Source: an uncultured Gemmatimonadales bacterium (lineage in GTDB: Bacteria; Gemmatimonadota; Gemmatimonadetes; Palauibacterales; Palauibacteraceae). From it: 64,000 nucleotides of DNA. Location of the stretch: positions 288,001 to 352,000 of the forward strand of contig CAWANJ010000001.1 of NCBI GenBank assembly GCA_963783385.1. Direction: 5' to 3'. Below, piece by piece: positions 1-8,010 of this stretch. The notes below the pieces were generated by a model. The model saw nothing but the letters and a program-made list of their open reading frames with translations, ran no database searches and had not been told where the DNA came from. Positions within the stretch are counted from its first letter, which is position 1, and every line of letters starts with the position of its first letter. Made by a program: the position numbers and the translations under genes.

Positions 1-1193
1 CGTCCACGAACACGGGCGCGCTGGGCTCCTCGAAGGCGCCCGGCAGCGAGATCCCGATGTCGGCATGGCGCGACTCGCCCGGGCCGTTGACCACGCATCC
101 CATGACGGCCACCCGAAGCTCCTCGATCCCCGCGTACCGGCCCCTCCACTCCGGCATGCGCTCGTCCAGGTGTCCCTGGATGCGCTGCGCCATCTCCTGG
201 AAGAAGGTGCTGGTGGTCCTTCCGCAGCCCGGACACGAGGTGACCTGGGGCTGAAAGCTCCTCAGGCCCATCGACTGGAGGATCTGCTGCGCCACCCGGA
301 CCTCCTCGGCCCGATCGGCTCCCGGGGCCGGGGTGAGGGAGACGCGGATCGTGTCCCCGATCCCCTCGGCGAGGAGGAGAGCGAGGGCGGCCGAGCTCGC
401 CACCGTACCCTTGCGACCCATGCCGGCTTCGGTGAGCCCGAGAATGGAGGGGGTAGTCGCATCGCTCCGCCAGCGCGCGGTACACGGTGACCAGGTCCTG
501 CACCCCCGAGACCTTGGCGCTCAGCACGATCCGGTCGTGGGGGAGCCCCACCTCCTCGGCGAACCGGGTCGAGGACAGGGCACTCTCCACCATGGCGGCG
601 AGGGTCACCGCGTGCGCATCGGCCGGGACCTCGCGGGCCGCGTTCTCGTCCATCATGCGGGTGAGGAGGTCCTGGTCCAGGGAACCCCAGTTCACGCCGA
701 TCCGAACCGGGCGTCCGTGCTCGACCGCACACCCGATGATCGTGGCGAAGTGCTCGTCCCACCGGCTGCGCCCCACGTTGCCCGGATTGACCCGGTACTT
801 GGCCAGGGCCTCGGCGCACTCCGGGTGTTGTGGAAGGAGAATGTGGCCGTTGAAGTGGAAGTCCCCGATGAGCGGGACGTCGACCCCCCGCTCCCGCAGT
901 CGCTCCGCGATGTGCGGAACCGCGGCGGCCGCCTCGGAGGTGTTGACGGTGACCCGGACCAGCTCGCTCCCCGCCCCGGCGAGAGCGGCCACCTGCTCGA
1001 CCGTGGCCTGCACATCGGCCGTGTCCGTGTTCGTCATCGACTGCACGACCACCGGATGCCCGCCGCCGACGGGCACGTCTCCCACGCGAACCGTGACGGA
1101 CTCGCGTCGGGGCCGGTAGGCGGGACGCGACACCGTGGCTGGATCGAGGATCTCGGGGGCGTCGGGCGTAGGAGTGGTCTCGGTGGGCGTCAC
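1..1193 (-). CDS. ispG: (E)-4-hydroxy-3-methylbut-2-enyl-diphosphate synthase; runs off the left edge; apparent +1 frameshift at ~443
   Basis: Hand translation gives [46 protein letters not shown] and [13 protein letters not shown]. There is an extra T after CAT at ~443. GTG start at 1193. Confidence 0.93.
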   Translation of the reverse strand, partial: MTPTETTPTPDAPEILDPATVSRPAYRPRRESVTVRVGDVPVGGGHPVVVQSMTNTDTADVQATVEQVAALAGAGSELVRVTVNTSEAAAAVPHIAERLRERGVDVPLIGDFHFNGHILLPQHPECAEALAKYRVNPGNVGRSRWDEHFATIIGCAVEHGRPVRIGVNWGSLDQDLLTRMMDENAAREVPADAHAVTLAAMVESALSSTRFAEEVGLPHDRIVLSAKVSGVQDLVTVYRALAERCDYPLHSRAHRSRHGSQGYGGELGRPRSPPRRGDRGHDPRLPHPGPGSRSGRGGPGGAADPPVDGPEELSAPGHLVSGLRKDHQHLLPGDGAAHPGTPGRAHAGVEGPVRGDRGASGGRHGMRGQRPGRVAPCRHRDLAAGRLRGAQRARVRG

Positions 1194-1265
1194 GGATCTC
1201 GCGCGGTTCGGGTGACGGAGCGACCCGAGAGCGGCCGTCGGCCGCACCGGGAGCCTCGCGGCGTC

Positions 1266-1295
1266 ATTGTACCCGAGGGCGGGATCCCGTTCCAG
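1266..1295 (-). promoter_or_regulatory. Putative sigma70 promoter for ispG
   Basis: -10 TACAAT at 1271-1266 in a GC-rich background; only a weak -35 (CTGGAA). Confidence 0.35.
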
Positions 1296-1318
1296 AGCGC
1301 CCGGGGCCGGGGAAGCCC

Positions 1319-1510
1319 CTAGCGGGTTTCCTGCTCCTTCCAGAAGCGCTCGAACTCGGCGTCCAGGTTCTTTCGGTCCCGGCGCATCTCGCGCTCGAAG
1401 GCATCCCGTCCGGCTTCGATCGCCGTGCGGATCCAGTTGCGCGTGATCCTGGGGTGCCGCGCCTCGGCGTCGTCATCCCGATCGGCGGGCTGCAGGTTCG
1501 CCTCCATCAT
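1319..1510 (-). CDS. 63-aa charged, probably helical small protein of unknown function, behind a tandem NrdR-box promoter
   Basis: C-terminal part of track ORF 1319..2587 ([10 protein letters not shown]...[11 protein letters not shown]). GGGAGGT RBS lies 7 nt before ATG 1510. It has its own promoter at 1589-1617. Confidence 0.75.
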   Translation of the reverse strand: MMEANLQPADRDDDAEARHPRITRNWIRTAIEAGRDAFEREMRRDRKNLDAEFERFWKEQETR

Positions 1511-1565
1511 GGTGCTGACCTCCCGTGTGGGGGCGGCTCTCCTCCACCGCTGGGACATTCTCTTC

Positions 1566-1617
1566 CCCCAACATGTTGGGGTATCCGCAGCATAAGCCCC
1601 CCACATGTTGCGGTCAA
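1566..1617 (-). promoter_or_regulatory. Sigma70 promoter overlapped by two NrdR-like boxes (copy 1)
   Basis: CCCCAACATGTTGGGG (1566-1581, perfect palindrome) and CCCCCACATGTTGCGG (1598-1613), centres 32 bp apart; TTGACC-N17-TATGCT on the minus strand. Confidence 0.82.
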
Positions 1618-1662
1618 GGCGTCGAGCCGTCCGCCCGTACGACGACGACGCGGCCGCCCGCG

Positions 1663-2529
1663 TCACAGCTCGAAGTGCTCGACCAGCCGCTTCTCCGTCT
1701 CGCCCTCGATGTGCGCTTCCACCTGGAGGTACCGCTCGAGCCCCGAACCTCGCAGCTTCTTGCGGAGGAGCTGGTCCACCTGGAACACGCCGGCCGAGTT
1801 GGTCATGTCGATCCGCACGCGCACGGGGGTCGCGTCGCCGGGCTCGATGTGCACGGCCTCGATCGCGGCGGCGGAGACCGAGTGGATGCTCATGGACCCC
1901 GCCTCGAAGGGGATGCGGGACCGGCCCTCGGCCATGTCCAGCGCGTCGGCCACCTTGAGGATCCCCGCCTCCAGCGTAAGCGGCTCGCCCCCGGCCCGGT
2001 GCGCGATCACCGCGTGCAGGATCTCCGACCGGAGGATCGTGTCCACGGGCGGGTCGTACACCCCGTCCAGCAGCTCCCGCAGCTTGGGCTGGGCCACGAA
2101 CAGCGAGTAGGCCTCGTGACCGTCGCGGTGGATCGAGATGCCCAGGTCGTGGACCAGGGCGGCCAGCACGACGACCACCTCGGCGTCCTTGTCCGTGAGC
2201 CCGTAGTCCCTCACCACGGAGGGCACGACGCCGCCATCCAGCAGGAGCCGCAGGATCCTGAGCGCCGAATTCGCCACGATCTGAACGTGCACGGGCCCGT
2301 GATCGGACATCCGCAGGCGATCCACCGCGTTGATGTTCGTCGCCAACCACAGGGCGTACAGATCCGTGTCGTCGTTCACCCGCTCGACGATCGTGGCCAG
2401 GGCCGGGTTGTGCCGGGCGGGCACCGAGATGCGGACGCGGTCTTCCATGCGCTCGAACAGGTCGGGGGTCGTGCGTCGGGCCGCGGCGTCCGGCACCGAC
2501 GCGCCGGCCTCCACCTCCTCCTCGATCAT
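1663..2529 (-). CDS. HD-domain metal-dependent phosphohydrolase
   Basis: DHGPVH...LVHDLG...ADALDM gives the H..HD..D pattern; GGAGG RBS. Confidence 0.85.
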   Translation of the reverse strand: MIEEEVEAGASVPDAAARRTTPDLFERMEDRVRISVPARHNPALATIVERVNDDTDLYALWLATNINAVDRLRMSDHGPVHVQIVANSALRILRLLLDGGVVPSVVRDYGLTDKDAEVVVVLAALVHDLGISIHRDGHEAYSLFVAQPKLRELLDGVYDPPVDTILRSEILHAVIAHRAGGEPLTLEAGILKVADALDMAEGRSRIPFEAGSMSIHSVSAAAIEAVHIEPGDATPVRVRIDMTNSAGVFQVDQLLRKKLRGSGLERYLQVEAHIEGETEKRLVEHFEL

Positions 2530-2614
2530 CGCGTCCCTCCGTCCAGGTCGTGTCCGGATGTCCGGCTCCGGGGAACCGCGGCGGCAAGATCCGGGCGAGC
2601 CCGGGGCGGCGACA

Positions 2615-3811
2615 TCAATCGGTCCCCCCGGCGGCCCCCGTCAGCCGCCGCACCGCCTCCTCGAGCGTGGGCACGGTCTTGCAGAAGGCGAAGCGCACCC
2701 GGTCCCGCCCTCCGTCCGGCTCGCTGAAGAAGCTCGAGCCCGGCACCGGGGCGACGCCGCGCTCGGCCGCCAGCCACCTCGAGAAGGTGTCATCGTCGCG
2801 ACCATCGAGCGCCGAGAAGTCCGCCAGGATGTAGTACGCCCCGGCCGGCGGCGCGCACCGGAACCCGGCCTCCCGCAGCCCGTGATGGAGCACGCCCCGC
2901 CGCTCCCGGTACCCCTCGGCCAGCTCCTCGTAGTATTCCGGGCCCAGCGCTTCCAGGGCCGTGGCGACCGCGTCCTGCAACGGGGCGGGAGCGCCCACGG
3001 TCAGGAAGTCGTGCACCTTGCGGATCGCCCCCGTGACTCCGGGCGGGGCCACGATCCACCCCACGCGCCACCCCGTCACGCTGAAAGTCTTGGAGGCCCC
3101 CGAGATCGTGATGGTGCGTCCGCCCATCCCCTCGAGCGATGCCATGGAAACGTGCTCGCCCTCGTAGAGGATGTGCTCGTAGATCTCGTCGGTGATCGCC
3201 CACGCCTCGTGGCGACGGCACAGACCGCCCAGGACCTCGAGCTCCCGCCGCGTGAACACCCTGCCGGTCGGGTTGTTGGGCGTGTTGAGGATGATCGCGC
3301 GGGTGGCATCCGAGAAGGCGCCCTCGATCCGTTCCAGATCGAGGCCGGGCCCCGGGCCCATGGGGACGAACACGGGCCGTGCTCCGCACAGCACGGCGTC
3401 GGGACCGTAGTTCTCGTAGAAGGGCTCCAGGACGATGACCTCGTCCCCGGGCTCGGCCACCGCCAGGAGGGCCGACGCCATGGCCTCGGTGGCCCCGCAG
3501 GTCACCGTCACCTCCCGGTCGGGATCCACCGGCGTGCCGTAGTCGCGCTCCCGGGTGGCCGCGATGGCGCGGCGCAGCCGGGGCGCACCCCAGGTGACCG
3601 CGTACTGGTTCAGGTCCGCGTGCACGGCCCGGACCGCCGCCTCCTTGAGGATGTCCGGCGCGGGGAAGTCCGGGAAGCCCTGGGCCAGGTTGATCGCCCC
3701 GTGCTCGCCCGCCACGCGTGTCATCTCGCGGATGACCGACTCCGTGAAGCCTTCGGTCCGCCCGGCGACCGGGGGCGCCGGCCGCCGCGGGCCGGACAGT
3801 GACCCGTTCAC
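2615..3811 (-). CDS. PLP-dependent aminotransferase class I/II
   Basis: AINLAQGFPDF, NTPNNPTG, DEIYEHI and SKTFSVTGWRVG motifs; probable GTG start at 3811. Confidence 0.92.
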   Translation of the reverse strand: MNGSLSGPRRPAPPVAGRTEGFTESVIREMTRVAGEHGAINLAQGFPDFPAPDILKEAAVRAVHADLNQYAVTWGAPRLRRAIAATRERDYGTPVDPDREVTVTCGATEAMASALLAVAEPGDEVIVLEPFYENYGPDAVLCGARPVFVPMGPGPGLDLERIEGAFSDATRAIILNTPNNPTGRVFTRRELEVLGGLCRRHEAWAITDEIYEHILYEGEHVSMASLEGMGGRTITISGASKTFSVTGWRVGWIVAPPGVTGAIRKVHDFLTVGAPAPLQDAVATALEALGPEYYEELAEGYRERRGVLHHGLREAGFRCAPPAGAYYILADFSALDGRDDDTFSRWLAAERGVAPVPGSSFFSEPDGGRDRVRFAFCKTVPTLEEAVRRLTGAAGGTD

Positions 3812-3850
3812 GTGACCCTCCCCGGCGGACCGTCGGCCCGGCTCCCGGAC

Positions 3851-3901
3851 CCGGGAATCCGTACCCGGCCGATCCGGCAAGATCCGGGAAGAATTCCCCG
3901 A
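3851..3901. promoter_or_regulatory. Paired inverted repeats, putative enhancer (UAS) for a sigma54 activator
   Basis: CCGGG-AATCCGTA-CCCGG (3851-3868) and CCGGG-AAGAATTC-CCCG (3884-3900), 33 bp apart and ~110-160 bp upstream of the predicted sigma54 start. Confidence 0.5.
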
Positions 3902-3984
3902 TCCGGCACCCGACGTCGATGGACCGGCTGCACTGGAGCCATGAATCGCCTTAGGACGAAACGGGTTACAGAACGACGAAAATC

Positions 3985-4000
3985 CGGAACGACCATTGCC
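3985..4000 (+). promoter_or_regulatory. Sigma54 (-24/-12) promoter
   Basis: CGGAACGACCATTGCC versus consensus TGGCACG-N4-TTGCW; GG-N10-GC spacing is exact. Confidence 0.65.
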
Positions 4001-4146
4001 TCAGAGAACGACCACGCTCGGAGCGCTCCCGCGGTCATGTGCCGGACCGGCGGCTGGACGCGGTGCTTCGAAGGCGCGGGAGGCAGCGGCAACGGAGACG
4101 TGGCCGTACGACCCCTGCACCGGCATCCAGCTACCCTGGAGGCTCC

Positions 4147-4404
4147 ATGAACGCCTACCGGCTGGCCCACGTCCCCTTCACCCTGGCCGACGCCACGCCC
4201 CGGCAGCATCTCCGGGTGCGCCGCGTACGGGGTGCGCCCGCCTCGCGACGCTGCCGCGAGCTGGGTGTCGTGCCGGGCGCGATCATCACCTGGCTGCGGT
4301 TCGAGGCAGGTAAGATCGTCGTACGCTTTCCCGAAGGCCACACGACCGCGGTCGAGGTGGGGATCGCGGCCCTCATCGAGGTCGACGGGCGCCCGAGCTC
4401 GTAG
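4147..4404 (+). CDS. FeoA-like (SH3-type) small protein
   Basis: TLADA...RVRRVRG...RRCRELGVVPGAII...AVEVGIAALIEV pattern; GGAGG RBS before ATG 4147. Confidence 0.7.
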   Translation: MNAYRLAHVPFTLADATPRQHLRVRRVRGAPASRRCRELGVVPGAIITWLRFEAGKIVVRFPEGHTTAVEVGIAALIEVDGRPSS

Positions 4405-4990
4405 AGTCGTGCGCGCTCCGCAGGTCGATCGCCTTGAGCTTGCGGAGCTCGGTCTGGAGCCGCCTCAGGCTGTCCTCCCGCGTCTTGAGGTCGGTCTGCA
4501 ACCGCTCGTTGAGCGCCTCGAGCGTCTCGAGGTGCGCCCGCCGCTGATCCAGGTCGTCCTCCACCCGGGCCAGCCGCCGGTACAGCGTGTCCACGCGGGC
4601 ACTCAGCCGTGACACCCGCGTGCGCGCCTCGGAGGTGGCCTCCCGCTGCCTCTGCACCTCCCTCAGCAGGCTGATGAGCCGACTCGCCTCCGTCCGGTAG
4701 CCCGTCTTCGGGTACAGGGTCAGGAGCCGCTCCAGCTGCGTGCGAGCCAGGGATGGATCGTACACCGGGCTCCCGGGGAGCGCGTGCATGAGGCCCGCCC
4801 GATACAGCGCCCGCTCCTGGTGGTGCAGGGTCGTGTCGGACCGGTACACTCGCACCGCCTCCTCGTAGCGTCCGGCGTCGTACAGCGAATCGAAGTGGCT
4901 GGTGGCGCACGCCGCGGCCCCGATCGCCAGGGCCACGCCGCAGGCCGCCATCCACCCGATCGATCGCCGTCGCGTGGGCGGCCGACTCAT
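4373..4990 (-). CDS. Helical/coiled-coil lipoprotein (QseG/YfhG-like accessory of the two-component system)
   Basis: Lipobox AAAC; C-terminal heptads ending ELRKLKAIDL; start overlaps the kinase stop (ATGA). Confidence 0.7.
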   Translation of the reverse strand: MSRPPTRRRSIGWMAACGVALAIGAAACATSHFDSLYDAGRYEEAVRVYRSDTTLHHQERALYRAGLMHALPGSPVYDPSLARTQLERLLTLYPKTGYRTEASRLISLLREVQRQREATSEARTRVSRLSARVDTLYRRLARVEDDLDQRRAHLETLEALNERLQTDLKTREDSLRRLQTELRKLKAIDLRSAHDSTSSGARRPR

Positions 4991-6546
4991 GTCGCCCCTC
5001 CGGTGGCCGCGACCGGACGGCCGGCCGCCTCGCGCACCCCGATCGGAAGGAGCACGCAGAACACGCTCCCCCGGGGCTCCCGGTCCTCCACCCAGATGGC
5101 CCCGCGATGCGCCCCCACGATCTCGCGGCACAGGGCGAGGCCGAGTCCCACCCCCGACCCGTCGTGCGAGCGGGCGTTGGGGGCCCGGTGGAAGCGCTCG
5201 AAGACCCTGGACTTCTCCTCCTCCGGGATCCCGGGGCCCTCGTCGCTCACGGCGAGGAGGGCCAGCCCCGAGCGCGCCGCCGGGACGCCGTCCCCCTCTG
5301 CGTGCGACTCGACCGTGGGAGCCCCGGGCGGGGCCTCCTCGACGCGGGTGAGGCGGACCCCGATGCGACTCCCGGCCGGCGCGTACTTGACCGCGTTGTC
5401 CAGCAGGTTCTCGATCACCTCCACGATGCGGTCTCCGTCGCAGCGGATCGGCATGCCGTCGGCAGGCAGATCCGTGTCGATGCGAATCGAGCGCTCCTCC
5501 AGGCGTAGGTCGAAGTCATCGGTCACGCACCGGATGAGCGAGGCCAGGTCCCCGGTACGGAAGTCGTACTCCAGGGCCCCCTCCTCCAGACGCGACAGGT
5601 CGAGGAGCCGGGAGATCATGGCCGACAGACGCGCTCCGCTGCGTCGGTTGAGCTCGAGGAGCCGCACTTGCTTGTCGTTGAGCTCCCCCGGCAGCCCGGC
5701 CAGGAGGAGCTGGGTGATCTCCTGCATCGAGGCCAGAGGGGTCTTGAGGTCGTGGGAGACCTGGGACAGGAAGCCGCGCTTGGCCCGGTCCAGCTCGCCC
5801 AGCCGGCGCGTCATGACGTTGAAGTCGCCCGCGAGGTCGGCGAACTCGTCCTCCTGGTCCAGGTCGAGCCGGTAGGCGAAGTCGCCCTCGGCGACGGCCC
5901 GCGTCCCCTCCTTGAGCCGCCGCAGGGACTCGGTGATCGAGCGCACGATGAAGCCCGCGAGCAGCAAGCTGAGCAGGAGCGCGACTCCCACCGCCGCCCC
6001 GGACACGCGCTCGGCGTTCCGCGCCGCCTCGGTGGTGGCCCGCACGCGCTCCTGCATGGCGGCCTGCGAGGCCTCCGTGAGCGCCCGTGTACGCTGACGC
6101 AGGTCCCCCAGGCTGGCGTCGAGCCAGCCGAGGACCGCATCCGCCTCGGGAGCGGCGAGGCCGTTGATCATGCCCTCCAGCGTGCGCTCGCGGGGAAACC
6201 GGCCCCGCCACAGCGCCGTGAGGCGATCGACCGCCTCTCGCTCCCCGCCCGTCAGGGGGAGGGAATCCAGACCGGCCAGGGCATCCCCGTAGGCCGCCCG
6301 GGCCCGCGTGAACGCGGCCGAGTAGCCCGTGTCGCCCGTGACCGCGTACTTGCTGGCGCTCTCCTGCATCTGGTCCAATCGCTGGAGCTGCTCGGTGGAG
6401 CTAACGGTGACGCGGGTGACCATGGAGGACAGCTGGCGGCTGGTCCGGACCGACTCACGCAGCGTGGAAACGTGGTACACCATCACCACCACCAGGAGGC
6501 CGATCAGGAGGCCGAAGCCCGCGACCAGCTTGGTGGAGACCTTCAT
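4987..6546 (-). CDS. Membrane sensor histidine kinase (HAMP-HisKA-HATPase), GlrK/QseE-like
   Basis: Two TM segments, HAMP, SHDLKTPL H-box, NLLDNAVKY, DEGPGI and GVGLGL. Confidence 0.93.
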   Translation of the reverse strand: MKVSTKLVAGFGLLIGLLVVVMVYHVSTLRESVRTSRQLSSMVTRVTVSSTEQLQRLDQMQESASKYAVTGDTGYSAAFTRARAAYGDALAGLDSLPLTGGEREAVDRLTALWRGRFPRERTLEGMINGLAAPEADAVLGWLDASLGDLRQRTRALTEASQAAMQERVRATTEAARNAERVSGAAVGVALLLSLLLAGFIVRSITESLRRLKEGTRAVAEGDFAYRLDLDQEDEFADLAGDFNVMTRRLGELDRAKRGFLSQVSHDLKTPLASMQEITQLLLAGLPGELNDKQVRLLELNRRSGARLSAMISRLLDLSRLEEGALEYDFRTGDLASLIRCVTDDFDLRLEERSIRIDTDLPADGMPIRCDGDRIVEVIENLLDNAVKYAPAGSRIGVRLTRVEEAPPGAPTVESHAEGDGVPAARSGLALLAVSDEGPGIPEEEKSRVFERFHRAPNARSHDGSGVGLGLALCREIVGAHRGAIWVEDREPRGSVFCVLLPIGVREAAGRPVAATGGAT

Positions 6547-6553
6547 GGTCCCA

Positions 6554-7927
6554 TCACTCGGCCCGGTACGCCTTGAGCTTGTTCCGGATCGTCTTCACGT
6601 CGAGCTCCAGCTGCCTGGCCGCCTCCGCCTTGTTGTTCCCGGCGTGCTCGAGGGTCTTGAGGATGAGCCGCTTCTCGGCCTCGGCTGCGGTGGTGCCCAC
6701 GGGTATGACGACGCGCGGGCTCCCCTCGTCCCGCACGTCGTGCAGATAGGGCGGCAGGTGGGATGGCTCGATCCAGCCCGACCCGGCCACGATCGTGGCC
6801 CGCTCGACCACGTTGCGCAGCTCCCGGACGTTGCCGGGCCACGGGTAGGCGAGCAGCAGCTCGCGGGCCGCGGAACCAAGCCCGCGGACCCCGGTGCCGT
6901 GCTTCTCGTTGAAACGCCGCACGAAGTGCTGGGCGAGGAGGGGGATGTCCCCACGCCGGTGCTCGAGCGGCGGTACGTTCACCGTGAACACGTTGAGCCG
7001 GTAGTAGAGGTCCTCGCGAAGCTCTCCGCGCTCCACGGCCGCGCCCGGATCCCGGTTGGTGGCGGCCATGACCCGCACGTCGAATCGGATCTCGCGACTG
7101 CCGCCCAGGCGCCGGGCCGAGCCTTCCTCGAGGATACGCAGGAGCTTGGGCTGGAGCTCGATCGGCATCTCCGCGATCTCGTCCAGGAACAGGGTTCCGC
7201 CGTCGGCCTGCTCGAAGCACCCGGGCCGGGCGCGGCTGGCTCCCGTGAAGGCGCCCTTCTCGTGGCCGAACAGCTCGCTCTCTATGAGGCCTTCGGGGAT
7301 GGCGGCCGCGTTGACCGCCAGGAAGGGCCGCTGTGCGCGGCCGCTGAGCTCGTGGATGGTGCGCGCCACCACCTCCTTGCCGGTCCCGCTCGGTCCCGTG
7401 AGGAGCGCCGAGGCGTCGCTGGACGCCAGCAGCTTCACGAGCCCGAACACCTCGCCCATGCGCTCGCTCTCCCCGATCAGGCCGCCGAGTCCCGCGCCGC
7501 CGTCCAGCCGGGCCTCCAGCTCCCGGATCGTGGAGCGGAGCCGTACCTCGTCGGTGGCGGAGTCGAGGATCGAGCGCAGCTTGGCGTAGTCGAGCGGCTT
7601 GGTGAGGAAGTCCCGCGCGCCGGCCTTCATGGCCTCGACGGCCTGGTCGATGCTGCCGTGGGCCGTGATGAGCAGGATGAGCCGGTCGTCCTCGTCGGCG
7701 CACAGCCCCCGTAGCAGGTCGAGGCCCGACCCGTCCGGGAGCACCACGTCGCTGATCACGATGTCCGGGTCACGCTCCGAGACGCGCTGGCGAGCCTGGT
7801 CGAGGTCGGCCGCGGTGGCCACGTCGAATCCCCAGCTCTCGATGCGCATCGAAAGCACCTCCCGGACGGCGGGCTCGTCATCGACGACCAGGACGGAAAG
7901 ACGGCTCTCCTTGGGAATGGGACACAC
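6554..7927 (-). CDS. Sigma54-dependent NtrC-family response regulator (REC-AAA+-Fis HTH)
   Basis: VVDDEP, GPSGTGKE, ESELFGHEKGAFTGA, WPGNVREL and a C-terminal HTH; exact start uncertain. Confidence 0.95.
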   Translation of the reverse strand: MCPIPKESRLSVLVVDDEPAVREVLSMRIESWGFDVATAADLDQARQRVSERDPDIVISDVVLPDGSGLDLLRGLCADEDDRLILLITAHGSIDQAVEAMKAGARDFLTKPLDYAKLRSILDSATDEVRLRSTIRELEARLDGGAGLGGLIGESERMGEVFGLVKLLASSDASALLTGPSGTGKEVVARTIHELSGRAQRPFLAVNAAAIPEGLIESELFGHEKGAFTGASRARPGCFEQADGGTLFLDEIAEMPIELQPKLLRILEEGSARRLGGSREIRFDVRVMAATNRDPGAAVERGELREDLYYRLNVFTVNVPPLEHRRGDIPLLAQHFVRRFNEKHGTGVRGLGSAARELLLAYPWPGNVRELRNVVERATIVAGSGWIEPSHLPPYLHDVRDEGSPRVVIPVGTTAAEAEKRLILKTLEHAGNNKAEAARQLELDVKTIRNKLKAYRAE

Positions 7928-8010
7928 CTCCTTCGGCGTGGCTCCGGGCTACTCTCTTGGTCCCGGTCTACCCTCCACAGACAGCGTCGTGCCGGGAGCT
8001 CGGCGGCGGC

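Noticed and set aside
1566-1613. Palindromes as a terminator for the HD gene or as mobile-element ends
   Set aside because: There is no loop or U-tract and no transposase. The exact overlap with -35/-10 and the match to the nrdJ upstream region fit operator sites better.
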